Assembly (NCBI GenBank): GCA_000091165.1
Contig: FP565575.1
Location: 900,001-932,000, forward strand
Source: Candidatus Methylomirabilis oxygeniifera
GTDB taxonomy: Bacteria > Methylomirabilota > Methylomirabilia > Methylomirabilales > Methylomirabilaceae
Reading direction: 5' to 3'
DNA length: 32,000 bases
Below are positions 10,127 to 19,220 of the stretch, one piece after another; position 1 is the first letter of the stretch, and the number at the start of each line of letters is the position of its first letter. The notes beneath the pieces are model-generated. The model was not told where the DNA came from, made no database searches, and saw only the letters and a program-made list of their open reading frames with translations. A program made the translations under genes and the position numbers.

Positions 10127-10600
10127 GTGAAGTGTCCCTACTGCGGCAGTCTCGAAGAAAAGGTCGTCGATTCTCGCGAGGGCAAGGACGGTGCAGTCGT
10201 CCGTCGTCGCCGCCAATGCCAACAGTGCCTGAAGCGTTTCACCACCTATGAGCGGATCGAGGAGATCCACTTCATGGTCATTAAGGCGGACGGCCGTCGG
10301 GAACCGTTCGATCGGCACAAGATTCTGTCGGGATTGCTCAAGGCGACCCAGAAACGGCCGGTCAGCGTCGTTCAGCTTGAGAAGATCGTAGATGAGATTG
10401 AGGGCCGCCTCGCAGAGAAAGCGGAGCGAGAGATGCCTTCTGCTGAGATCGGTGAGCTGATTATGGAGCGGCTCCACGAGATCGATGAGGTGGCGTACGT
10501 CCGTTTCGCATCGGTGTATCGTCAGTTCAAGGACGTCAGTCAGTTTGTCGAGGAGGTTAAGGGTCTCCGAGAAGGGGGGAGGCGTCGGGGTGCCCCGTAA
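10127..10600 (+). CDS. nrdR: transcriptional repressor NrdR
   Basis: 157 aa. N-terminal zinc ribbon CPYCG...CQQC followed by an ATP-cone (VIKADGRREPFDRHKI). Confidence 0.93.
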   Translation: MKCPYCGSLEEKVVDSREGKDGAVVRRRRQCQQCLKRFTTYERIEEIHFMVIKADGRREPFDRHKILSGLLKATQKRPVSVVQLEKIVDEIEGRLAEKAEREMPSAEIGELIMERLHEIDEVAYVRFASVYRQFKDVSQFVEEVKGLREGGRRRGAP

Positions 10601-10602
10601 AT

Positions 10603-11871
10603 ATGGACATTATTACCCTTGGTCTCAGCCACAAGACAGCGCCGATTGAACTCCGGGAGAAATTCCATATCCCGGAGTCGGAACTGCCGGAAGTCTTGGA
10701 TGAGCTTGGCGGGTGCGGGCAGATCCTTGAGCGAATGATTCTCTCCACCTGCAACCGCGTGGAGACGTACGCTGTTGTGGACGATGTGGAGGGCGCTCGC
10801 CGGTTCCTCATAGAGTTCCTCGCCGAGCGACAGAAGCTTCCGCCGGAAGCCTTTGAGTCTTCTCTGTATCTGTTGACCGCTGACCAGGCTATCCGGCATC
10901 TCTTCCGGGTGGCGTCGAGTCTGGATGCGATGGTGGTCGGCGAGTCGCAGATCCTGGGCCAGGTGAAAGCGGCATACGCGGTTGCCCTCGAGCGGGAGGC
11001 TACGGGTCAGATCCTCAACGCCCTCATGGACAGGGCGTTGCGCGTCGCGAAGCGGGTTCGAACCGAGACCGGGATCGCCACCTCGGCCGTCTCAGTCTCG
11101 ACCGCGGCGATCGAGCTGGCCAAGAAGATCTTGGGCGACCTGACGGGTCGTACGGTGATGCTGATCGGGGCCGGGAAGATGTCGGAGTTGTCGGCCAAGC
11201 ATTTGCTGGCTGATGGCGTCGGCACGGTTCTCGTCACCAATCGGCATTTCGATCGCGCCGTCGAATTGGCAAAGCGGTGGGGCGGTCGGGCGGTCCGATA
11301 TGATTTCGCTAAGCTGGAGATGCTTAGCGCCGATATCATCATCAGTTCGACCGGAGCCCCGCACCAGATCCTCTCTAAGGACGACTTCCAGGAGATCATC
11401 GCACAGCGCCATAACCGTCCGATCTTTGTGATCGACATCGCCGTTCCCCGTGACATCGACCCCGCGGCCGGCGAGATCGAGCATGTGTACCTGTATGATC
11501 TTGATGATCTCAAGGGGGTGGTAGAGGCCAACCTTCGAGAGCGGCAGCGCGAGGCAGAACTGGCGGAGGCGATGATCGACCAGGAGGCCAAGCAGTTTGC
11601 CGAGTGGCTTGCGGGTCTGCACGTTGTCCCGACGATCGTGGCCATGCGTAAGAAGGTCGAAACGATCCGCGAGGAGGAACTCCAAAGGATTTTTACGAAG
11701 CTGCAAGACTTGACGCCGGAGGAGCGTCATGCTATCTCCCTCATGACCGGCTCGATTGTGAATAAGATCCTGCACGATCCGACGATGGAGTTGAAGCGCC
11801 AGTCGGTCTCGAAAGAGGGCCATCTTTACATCAATGTATTGCGTCGGCTCTTCGGTATCGGGGAGGAGTAA
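10603..11871 (+). CDS. hemA: glutamyl-tRNA reductase
   Basis: 422 aa. LSTCNRVE active-site Cys motif and GAGKMSEL NADPH-binding loop. Starts 2 nt after the nrdR stop. Confidence 0.95.
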   Translation: MDIITLGLSHKTAPIELREKFHIPESELPEVLDELGGCGQILERMILSTCNRVETYAVVDDVEGARRFLIEFLAERQKLPPEAFESSLYLLTADQAIRHLFRVASSLDAMVVGESQILGQVKAAYAVALEREATGQILNALMDRALRVAKRVRTETGIATSAVSVSTAAIELAKKILGDLTGRTVMLIGAGKMSELSAKHLLADGVGTVLVTNRHFDRAVELAKRWGGRAVRYDFAKLEMLSADIIISSTGAPHQILSKDDFQEIIAQRHNRPIFVIDIAVPRDIDPAAGEIEHVYLYDLDDLKGVVEANLRERQREAELAEAMIDQEAKQFAEWLAGLHVVPTIVAMRKKVETIREEELQRIFTKLQDLTPEERHAISLMTGSIVNKILHDPTMELKRQSVSKEGHLYINVLRRLFGIGEE

Positions 11872-11906
11872 GAGGAGGGTGCAGCGTGGAGGGTGAAAGC
11901 TAAGAG

Positions 11907-12854
11907 ATGCGTAGTCACACGGTGAAGCTGGGAACGCGGGGAAGTCCGCTGGCGCTGTGCCAGGCGGGACTGGTGACGGAAGAGCTGCGCCGGCGATGGC
12001 CCGATCTCGACGTGACCATCGTTCCTATTAAGACCTCCGGCGATAAGTTCCTTGATGTTGTCCTGTCACAGGTTGGCGGAAAAGGCCTCTTCGTCAAGGA
12101 GATCGAGGAGGCCCTGCTCGATGGCCGGATTGACCTTGCAGTCCATAGCCTGAAAGATCTGCCTGCGGAACTGGCGCCCGGTCTTTGCGAAGGAGCCGTC
12201 ATGCGCCGCGAAGACCCGCTTGATGCGCTTGTGGCGAGGAACGGCCTTCGGTTCACAGACCTCCCGCGTGGAGCCAGGATCGGCACCAGCAGCCTCCGAC
12301 GACAGGTTCAGTTCCTCCATTGTCGTCCGGATCTCCAGATCGAGTCGCTGCGCGGCAATGTACAAACGCGGCTGAACAAACTCGAGACGCTTGGCCTTGA
12401 GGCGGTGGTCCTGGCCGCCGCGGGCCTTATCCGCTTAGGGCTACAGGATCGGATTACCGAGCGCTTGCAGCCGGATCTGTGCCTGCCGGCCATCGGTCAA
12501 GGGGCCCTGGTCATCGAAATCCGGGAGGACGATCGGCAGACGGCTGAGCGTGTAGAGACGCTTAATCATCGCGAGACTCGGCAAGCGACGACGGCGGAAC
12601 GAGCGTTCCTGCGGCGCCTGGGCGGAAGCTGCGTAACCCCGATTGCTGCCTTCGGCCGGCTTGAGGGCGAGACGCTCGAGCTGACCGGTATGGTTGCCGG
12701 TCTGGATGGTAAGCGACTGCTCAGGCAGGCCGTTGTGGGGGAGGCCGGCGCGCCTGAGCAGGTGGGGCAGACGCTGGCAGATCGACTGCTTTCAGCGGGA
12801 GCGGGTGAGATCATTCGAGAGGTGAACGCCCAGCTTTCAGAGAAGCGTGGATAA
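11907..12854 (+). CDS. hemC: hydroxymethylbilane synthase (porphobilinogen deaminase)
   Basis: 315 aa. KLGTRGSPLALCQA N-terminus, AVHSLKDLP, GTSSLRRQ. Alternative GTG start at 11922. Confidence 0.93.
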   Translation: MRSHTVKLGTRGSPLALCQAGLVTEELRRRWPDLDVTIVPIKTSGDKFLDVVLSQVGGKGLFVKEIEEALLDGRIDLAVHSLKDLPAELAPGLCEGAVMRREDPLDALVARNGLRFTDLPRGARIGTSSLRRQVQFLHCRPDLQIESLRGNVQTRLNKLETLGLEAVVLAAAGLIRLGLQDRITERLQPDLCLPAIGQGALVIEIREDDRQTAERVETLNHRETRQATTAERAFLRRLGGSCVTPIAAFGRLEGETLELTGMVAGLDGKRLLRQAVVGEAGAPEQVGQTLADRLLSAGAGEIIREVNAQLSEKRG

Positions 12855-14383
12855 TGGGGAAGGTGTATCTCATTGGCGCCGGGCCGGGTGATCCCGGCCT
12901 TTTTACTCTGCGTGGCGTCGCGTGTCTCCGTGAAGCCGATGTGATCGTATACGATTACCTCGCCAACCCGCGTCTGCTTTCGTACGCCAGGCCTGATGCT
13001 GAGTTGATCTATGTCGGCAAGAAGGGCGGTAACTCCGATGCGGCCACACAAGTAGAGATCGACCGTCTGCTGATCGAGAAGGCTCTGGCCGGAAAGGTGG
13101 TGGCGCGGCTGAAAGGTGGCGATCCGTTCATTTTCGGGCGGGGCGGCGAAGAAGGGGAGGAGCTATTTGAGGCAGGTATTCCCTTCGAGGTTGTTCCAGG
13201 GATCACTTCAGCGATAGCCGTACCGGCCTATGCAGGCATCCCGCTGACTCACCGTGATTACGCCTCGACAGTCGCCATTCTGACCGGACACGAGGATCCT
13301 TCGAAACAGACCTCGGTAATTGCATGGGAGAAGATAGCGACCGGCATCGGAACGTTGGTATTTCTGATGGGTGTCGGTAATCTTCCAACGATTGTTGATA
13401 AGCTCCTCGGGTGTGGTCGGTCCAAAGATACGCCGGCCGCCGTCATGCACTGGGGTACCAAACCCGAGCAGGAGACCGTCGCCGGCACGCTCGAGAACAT
13501 CGTGGCGCTTGCCCAGATGCGCGGGCTGGGACCGCCCGCTGTCCTTGTCGTCGGCGAGGTCGTCCGGCTTCGTGAGCGGCTGAACTGGTTCGAGCGCCGG
13601 CCGCTGTTCGGGAAGCGGATCCTTGTGACCAGGACTCGTGAGCAGGCGGGCCGGTTTGCCGAACTGCTGGAAGGACAGGGGGCGGAGGTTGTGGGGGTTC
13701 CGCTTATCGAGATTGCGCCGCCCAAAAGCTGGCAACCTGTGGACCAAGCCATCGAACGGCTTGAGACCTACAGGTGGGTGATCTTTACCAGTGCGAACGG
13801 CGTCGAGGCGTTTTTCCATCGGCTACGGGAGCTTCGTCAGGATGCCAGACGCCTGGGAGCCGCCAGGATCTGCGCCATCGGGTCTGCAACTGCCGATACT
13901 CTTGAAGGACACAATATTATCCCCGATGTCGTCCCGGTCGAATTCCGCGCGGAAGGGATCATCGAGGCGCTGAAACCGTATGATCTGCGCGGCGAGAAGA
14001 TTTTGTTGCCGCGGGCCGAAGTCGCACGAGACCTGTTGCCGAAGGAACTCGAACAACGTGGCGCAACTGTCGAGGTGGTGCCCGTATATAGAACCGTGAA
14101 ATCGACCAGTTCCGTAGAACTCTTAAAGTCAATTCTCACGGATCGGAAGATCGATCTTGTGACGTTTACCAGTTCCTCCACCGTCACGAACTTTGTGGAA
14201 GCGCTGACGCAGGAAGACCTCAAAGCGCTTTGCGAAGGCGTGCGCGTCGGGTGCATCGGCCCCATCACGAAAGAGACAGCCGAGCGCTTCGGCCTGCCGA
14301 TCGATATCGTCCCAGAGCGCTACACGATCCCATCCTTTGTTGACGCCATCGTCCAGTATTATCAAACATCGGCTGCGGGATAG
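12854..14383 (+). CDS. cobA-hemD: bifunctional uroporphyrinogen-III C-methyltransferase / uroporphyrinogen-III synthase
   Basis: 509 aa. The N-terminal half has [18 protein letters not shown] (SUMT/TP-methylase). The C-terminal half from about aa 250 ([13 protein letters not shown]...) is HemD-like. TAATG overlap with hemC. Confidence 0.9.
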   Translation: MGKVYLIGAGPGDPGLFTLRGVACLREADVIVYDYLANPRLLSYARPDAELIYVGKKGGNSDAATQVEIDRLLIEKALAGKVVARLKGGDPFIFGRGGEEGEELFEAGIPFEVVPGITSAIAVPAYAGIPLTHRDYASTVAILTGHEDPSKQTSVIAWEKIATGIGTLVFLMGVGNLPTIVDKLLGCGRSKDTPAAVMHWGTKPEQETVAGTLENIVALAQMRGLGPPAVLVVGEVVRLRERLNWFERRPLFGKRILVTRTREQAGRFAELLEGQGAEVVGVPLIEIAPPKSWQPVDQAIERLETYRWVIFTSANGVEAFFHRLRELRQDARRLGAARICAIGSATADTLEGHNIIPDVVPVEFRAEGIIEALKPYDLRGEKILLPRAEVARDLLPKELEQRGATVEVVPVYRTVKSTSSVELLKSILTDRKIDLVTFTSSSTVTNFVEALTQEDLKALCEGVRVGCIGPITKETAERFGLPIDIVPERYTIPSFVDAIVQYYQTSAAG

Positions 14384-14453
14384 CGTGAGTCGGGTTCCTA
14401 GTGTTCCTTCGAAATAGTATTGAGCAATCAGTGCTCAACCGGCAGCTTCAGAT

Positions 14454-14543
14454 AAACCCCCCTGTCCCCCCTTTCAAAAAAAGGGGGGACACTTCTACGT
14501 TTCCTTGCCTCCCCCTTTCATAAAGGGGGATTGAGGGGGTTTT
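14454..14543. repeat. compound G/C-tract palindromic element (two hairpins enclosed by an outer stem)
   Basis: Hairpin 1 is GTCCCCCCTTT/AAAGGGGGGAC at 14464-14490. Hairpin 2 is CCCCCTTT/AAAGGGGG at 14511-14529. The outer stem pairs AAACCCCC (14454-14461) with GGGGGTTT (14535-14542). It ends in a T run, so it may also terminate the heme operon. Confidence 0.7.
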
Positions 14544-14544
14544 C

Positions 14545-14853
14545 GTGCACCGTGGTGCGGCCATGGCCACATGGGAGGACCGATTGGCCAAACGAAGTGA
14601 CAGCGCGATTATGTTGCTGGTGATCCTCATATTGGGGGCGCTGATCGGGACCGTGATCGGAGAGGTCATCGCGACCGTAGCGCCCGGCGGGACACTGGAA
14701 AAGATTTTCAGCAAGGGGATCAACCCCGGTCTCTCCCCGCCCGCAACCCTCGACCTGAAGATACTGAGTCTTTCCTTCGGTTTTACCGTGAAGATCAATC
14801 TCTCAAGTCTGCTTGGCATCGGCTTGGCCCTTTTGGTCTATCGGAAACTGTGA
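14545..14853 (+). CDS. DUF4321 family small membrane protein
   Basis: 102 aa. LLVILILGALIGTVIGEVIA...LDLKILSLSFGFTVKINLSSLLGIGLALLVYRKL fits the DUF4321 pattern. The start is uncertain (GTG 14545 or ATG 14563). GTGA overlap with maf. Confidence 0.65.
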   Translation: MHRGAAMATWEDRLAKRSDSAIMLLVILILGALIGTVIGEVIATVAPGGTLEKIFSKGINPGLSPPATLDLKILSLSFGFTVKINLSSLLGIGLALLVYRKL

Positions 14854-15440
14854 TCATCCTGGCTTCTGCTTCTCCGCGACGTGAGGCGTTGCTTCAGGCG
14901 TTGTGGGTCGAGCATCGGATCATCCCCAGCTTGATTGACGAAGCGGGTCCGCTGCCTGGGACGACGACGGCATGCCACGCTGAGGCCCTGGCCCTTCGAA
15001 AGGCGGCCGAGGTGGCAGCTCGGGTAGGGGAGGGGTTGGTCCTTGGCGCAGACACCATCGTCGAATGTGACGGTCGCCCGCTGGGTAAGCCAAAAGATCG
15101 GGACGAAGCTCGCGAGTTTCTGCGCCTGTTAAGCGGCCGGAGCCATCTGGTCGTAACGGGGCTTGCGCTCGTCCAGATCTCTGATGGTCGAACGGAGATC
15201 GGACACGAGGTGACCGAGGTCCGGATGCGGGCCTTGTCGGATGAGGAGATTGACGCCTATGTTCGGACGGACGAGCCGTTTGATAAGGCCGGCGGCTACG
15301 CGATCCAGGGGACGGCCGAGGACTTCATCGAGGGGATCAAGGGCAGCTTCACCAACGTCGTCGGCCTCCCCCTCGGCAGGCTCCGCATACTCCTCCTCCG
15401 CTTCGGCATCGACCCACTCCGCCGACAGGTCTCTGCATAG
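14850..15440 (+). CDS. maf: Maf-like nucleoside triphosphate pyrophosphatase
   Basis: 196 aa. IILASASPRR N-terminus, GADTIV, and the KAGGYAIQG motif. Confidence 0.9.
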   Translation: MIILASASPRREALLQALWVEHRIIPSLIDEAGPLPGTTTACHAEALALRKAAEVAARVGEGLVLGADTIVECDGRPLGKPKDRDEAREFLRLLSGRSHLVVTGLALVQISDGRTEIGHEVTEVRMRALSDEEIDAYVRTDEPFDKAGGYAIQGTAEDFIEGIKGSFTNVVGLPLGRLRILLLRFGIDPLRRQVSA

Positions 15441-15462
15441 CGCTACAGCCCGCAACAATGAA

Positions 15463-15590
15463 CGTCATTGCTTCGAAAGTTCCCCGGTCGGTCATTGCGA
15501 GGGAGCGCAGCGATCGAAGCAATCTCACCATTTTTCGCACCCTCAAAAATGATGAGATTGCCGCGGTCCCGTTAGTCGCTCGCAATGACG
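15463..15590. repeat. nested palindromic extragenic repeat, copy 2, with an extra partial left arm
   Basis: GTCATTGCGAG 15491-15501 pairs with CTCGCAATGAC 15579-15589. The inner arm GCAATCTCACCATTTTT pairs with AAAAATGATGAGATTGC (17 bp, 1 mismatch). An extra CGTCATTGC lies at 15463-15471. Confidence 0.85.
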
Positions 15591-16568
15591 CCGGGATGGA
15601 TTGGATCTCTCGCCCCTAAGACTTTCATGCTTATGGGCGCCCCCGTGGCGTATGGATTCTTCTTCGAGCATCCCTCCCTCAAGGTCCGCTTCCCCCCTTC
15701 AGAGCCTACCCCGAACTCGGGCCATGAAGGAAGGCACGGATTGGGGGGTGAAGCAATGGCATATCGCTATCTCTCTGTTTGGAGCCACGGAATCGTGTTG
15801 CATTCTAGGTACTACTATCGTAGAGTTCGTCCAAGAAGGGTCGGATAACATCTGTTAGGCCTCTGAGGTCAGGAGATCGCACCGATCTATACCGGTTCAA
15901 CAAATAGCTACGGTAGGCTGCATGGTTGCGTATGCCTTTTCGATCTTCGTAGCGATAATTTCGAAATCATCCAGAACACTCTGAACTGTTACGATTTCCT
16001 TGGCCCTTCGTGGTTTTCCAAGCATGGTAGAAAGTATATTACCTGGGATCTGGCCTACCTCTTTCTGAGTCCACAATACCATAATCGACTCATTCCCAAT
16101 TCACAGGTATATGAGCATGACCGAGAAACGGGACAATGCCTCCAAGCTGTACCCAAGTCCGAGGTTTGGATAGAGGACAGGATTCCACTGTGTTGGATTG
16201 GGAGTGCACTACTCGTAAAGATGAAAGTACCAGCGCCAGTACGTAAGCTCACTCGGGCTCTTTTAAAAGTCGATAGGCGCGTACGTATGAACCACTGATA
16301 AGGCTATGATCGGTAGGGGAGATCGGTAACAAAACGATCTGGGGATATGGGCTACGCATTTCGGCTGGAAGCGTTTTAGCTCCGCCGGCGGGTTGGAAAT
16401 ACTTCATGTTTCTCCCCTGTCTGTGCTAACCTGACTGCCGGCCGGCACTGGGTTAGCCCTGCCGCAAAGAATGCGGTATACTCCTGACCAAGCAAGGAAA
16501 ACTCCAAGACAATTGTCGAGACGATCGAGTGCGCTGTTGTGCCCGAAAGATGCAAATAGGGAGCCTAC

Positions 16569-16805
16569 TTGCCTACGGTTCTAAGGTCAGGCCCGTACCG
16601 GTTCTTCTTCTACGCGGGTGACCGCGACGAACCACAACACGTTCATGTGGAGCGAGACGATAAAATCGCAAAGTTCTGGCTCGATCCCATTCGGTTGCAA
16701 AGCAGCGGTGGTTTTTCGCGCGCCGAGATTGCGCGTATTGAAAAGTTGGTGAGCCATCACCGAATCGAACTGACGGAGGCGTGGAATGAGTACTTCGGCT
16801 GTTGA
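16569..16805 (+). CDS. DUF4160 domain protein
   Basis: 78 aa, TTG start. GPYRFFFYAGDRDEPQHVHVERDDKIAKFWLDP matches the DUF4160 core (YRFFFY...EP.H.HV...AKFWL). Confidence 0.8.
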   Translation: MPTVLRSGPYRFFFYAGDRDEPQHVHVERDDKIAKFWLDPIRLQSSGGFSRAEIARIEKLVSHHRIELTEAWNEYFGC

Positions 16806-17136
16806 GTTGGAAATCCCATTTGCGGAGAACGTCACTGTATCCGACGACACGCTATCAGTCGACTTGAGCGACGGGCGGAGCATCTCCGTTCCACTTGCGT
16901 GGTATCCGCGATTGTTGCATGCATCATCGGCTGAACGAAAGCGCTGGCGCCTGATCGGCCGAGGTCTGGGAATCCATTGGGATGATCTCGACGAGGACAT
17001 CAGCGTTGAGGGCTTGCTGGCAGGGAAACCATCGGGGGAGAGCCAGGCGTCTTTCAGTAGATGGCTTGCCAAACGGTCATCACGCCCAACAACGCGCTCA
17101 ACGCGGGCGCGCGAAAAGGCGCCGCGTGCCGGTTAG
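16786..17136 (+). CDS. DUF2442 domain protein
   Basis: 116 aa, overlapping the DUF4160 gene by 20 nt. VSDDTLSVDLSDGRSISVPLAWYPRL...GIHWDDLDEDISVEGLLAG is the DUF2442 pattern. Unusually long basic C-terminal tail. Confidence 0.8.
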   Translation: MSTSAVELEIPFAENVTVSDDTLSVDLSDGRSISVPLAWYPRLLHASSAERKRWRLIGRGLGIHWDDLDEDISVEGLLAGKPSGESQASFSRWLAKRSSRPTTRSTRAREKAPRAG

Positions 17137-17295
17137 TGCGGCCGTGTACCCGGTATTCTGGATGAAGTCGTGGTGGCGTACCGGGAGAAGGCCACGGTTG
17201 GGATGTACGCAATCCTGGCGGACGGTGAGGGTATTCACTGGCCGGATGTCGATGAGGACTGAAGCGTTGCGGGTCTGCTCCGCGGCACGCACTGA
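17137..17295 (+). pseudogene. relic of a second DUF2442 C-terminal segment with internal stop
   Basis: In the same frame, directly after the TAG at 17134-17136: ...VVAYREKATVGMYAILADGEGIHWPDVDED*SVAGLLRGTH*. It parallels GIHWDDLDEDISVEGLLAG of the intact copy. TGA at 17260-17262. Confidence 0.5.
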
Positions 17296-17307
17296 GCTCA
17301 CGCAGCC

Positions 17308-17901
17308 ATGGTGAATCGGATCGACACGAAGCAGGAATATATTCTGGGGATTACCGGGGCGAGCGGGGCGGTTTTAGGCATTCGCACGCTCGAAGTGCTC
17401 CGCGAGCTTGGTCTGCCTGTCCATCTGATCGTGTCCCAAGGGGCGAAGGCGACGCTTCGGGAAGAGTGCGGACGCACAGTGGAGGATCTCAAGCGCCTCG
17501 CCACCTTTTTCCATGACGATCGGGATCTCGGCGCGTCCATTTCGAGCGGCTCCTATGTCTCACCCAACGTGAGCGCGATGATTGTCGCACCGTGTTCGAT
17601 GAAGAGTCTGGCGGCCATTGCTACCGGCTACGCTGAGACCTTGATCGCTCGAGCGGCCGACGTCGTTCTGAAGGAGGGGAAGCGCCTTGCGCTTGTGGTG
17701 AGGGAGAGCCCCTTCACTGCCATCCATCTCGAACAGATGTTGACATTGGCGAGGGCGGGCGTCAGAATCGTCCCGCCGGTACCGCCGTTCTATCAGAAGG
17801 CAACAACGGTCGAAGAGTTGGTGGACCAGATTGTCGGGAGGGTGTTGGACCAGATCGGGCTCCATACCGACCTGCCCAATCGATGGCGGGGCGCAGATTA
17901 A
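17308..17901 (+). CDS. ubiX: flavin prenyltransferase UbiX
   Basis: 197 aa. ILGITGASGAVLGIRTLEVL, IVAPCSMKSLAAIATG, and LVVRESP motifs. Confidence 0.92.
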   Translation: MVNRIDTKQEYILGITGASGAVLGIRTLEVLRELGLPVHLIVSQGAKATLREECGRTVEDLKRLATFFHDDRDLGASISSGSYVSPNVSAMIVAPCSMKSLAAIATGYAETLIARAADVVLKEGKRLALVVRESPFTAIHLEQMLTLARAGVRIVPPVPPFYQKATTVEELVDQIVGRVLDQIGLHTDLPNRWRGAD

Positions 17902-18092
17902 CGATTCGATTACCATTGGTCGTCACACGCATCTGAAGCGTTATCCACTTCCGTCCGCTGCCGTTCCATGTTATACAGTAAACGTGAGTAGCCAGTCCGT
18001 TGGTTAGACTGAAGGCTAAAGACTGAACTACATGTTGCTTCTAAAAACCTTCAACCTTCAGCCTATATACCTGACATAAAGGATAATCTGAC

Positions 18093-18770
18093 ATGATGGG
18101 ACAGGGGATCTTTCAGGTTATGGCTCAAGGCGGGATCACCATGGTGGTCCTCGCCATATTTTCGATCTTTTCGCTCGCGGTGATCGGTGAGCGGTTTTAT
18201 ACGTTTTATAAAGCTCAGCAAGCGACAGGACGGGTCGCCGAGAAGGGGCTCCAGTATGTCGCGGATGGGAAAATGGCTGAGGCACTCCGCCTGTGCGAGC
18301 AGAACGATGGCAGTCCGGTCGCCAAGGTCCTCCAGGCCGGGCTTCTGGCCATCATTGATCGGGGAGATCCGACTCTCTCGGGAAAACAGTTTCCGCGTCG
18401 GCTGGAATCGTGTAAGGGGGCGATGCAGCGGACCACCTCAGCAGAAATCTCCCGCCTGGAACGGTACCTGGGTTCATTGGCGACGCTCGGCAATGTCAGT
18501 CCGTTTGTCGGTCTCTTCGGGACCGTTCTGGGAATTATTCGAGCGTTTGAGGCGATCGCCAAGGTGGGATCAGGCGGGATCGGCACAGTATCAGCCGGAA
18601 TTGCCGAGGCGCTCGTGGCAACAGCGGCCGGTCTGTTCGTGGCGATTCCCGCAGTCATCGCGTACAATTACTTCGTCGGCAGAGTAAAACTCTTTACCGC
18701 GGCAATGGACAGTGCAGCCTCGGAAATGGTGGACAGGCTGTTGGATCAGGCCGCTCCTCAAGAGGATTAA
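18093..18770 (+). CDS. MotA/TolQ/ExbB-family proton channel protein
   Basis: 225 aa, three TM segments. LATLGNVSPFVGLFGTVLGIIRAF and GIAEALVATAAGLFVAIPAVIAYNYF motifs. Confidence 0.88.
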   Translation: MMGQGIFQVMAQGGITMVVLAIFSIFSLAVIGERFYTFYKAQQATGRVAEKGLQYVADGKMAEALRLCEQNDGSPVAKVLQAGLLAIIDRGDPTLSGKQFPRRLESCKGAMQRTTSAEISRLERYLGSLATLGNVSPFVGLFGTVLGIIRAFEAIAKVGSGGIGTVSAGIAEALVATAAGLFVAIPAVIAYNYFVGRVKLFTAAMDSAASEMVDRLLDQAAPQED

Positions 18771-18775
18771 AAAGG

Positions 18776-19192
18776 ATGGGCATGCAGTCTAACAATGGGA
18801 AAGATCGACGAATGTTGTCGGAAATCAACGTGACCCCTCTGGTGGACGTGACGCTCGTCCTGCTGATCATCTTTATGGTGACGACGCCGATGCTCCAGCG
18901 AGGGACCGACGTCCAGCTCCCAACCGCGCAGGCGTCTCAAGTGAAAGAGGAGCAGCGCATTACCTTGACAGTGACAAGAGATAGCCGCATTTTCGTCGAT
19001 AATGAAGAAGTACCAAGACAGAATCTTGAAACCCGCCTCAAATCTATAGCCGGTCCTGGAAAGGAGCGAGTGCTCTACCTGCGTGGCGATGCCAGAGTTC
19101 CTTACGGCTTTGTGATCGAGGTGATGGATGCCATCAAGTCTTCCGGGATTGAGACGGTCGGGATGATTACCGACCGGCCAGGGTCCCGATAG
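18776..19192 (+). CDS. ExbD/TolR-family biopolymer transport protein
   Basis: 138 aa. EINVTPLVDVTLVLLIIFMVT (conserved Asp in the TM helix). ATG 18782 is an equally good start. Confidence 0.88.
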   Translation: MGMQSNNGKDRRMLSEINVTPLVDVTLVLLIIFMVTTPMLQRGTDVQLPTAQASQVKEEQRITLTVTRDSRIFVDNEEVPRQNLETRLKSIAGPGKERVLYLRGDARVPYGFVIEVMDAIKSSGIETVGMITDRPGSR

Positions 19193-19220
19193 CTCGCCGC
19201 ATTGTCGAAAGTCGCCCGGC

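Noticed and set aside
11007-11823. Minus-strand ORFs (212 and 243 aa) opposite hemA
   Set aside because: Shadow ORFs opposite an unambiguous conserved gene. No independent motif, RBS or family signal.
15815-15835. GAGTTCGTCC as a possible tRNA T-arm
   Set aside because: No acceptor-stem complement, D-arm or anticodon arm can be drawn around it.
15585-15858. Overlapping 87-aa and 85-aa plus-strand ORFs after the maf repeat
   Set aside because: They start inside the repeat element, run through C-tract/G-tract sequence, lack RBSs and have no family resemblance.
17260-17262. TGA in the DUF2442 relic as a second recoding (Sec or read-through) site
   Set aside because: It replaces a Leu/Ile position, not a redox Cys. 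No downstream hairpin is present, the fragment has no start codon or N-terminal half, and a second stop follows 11 codons later.
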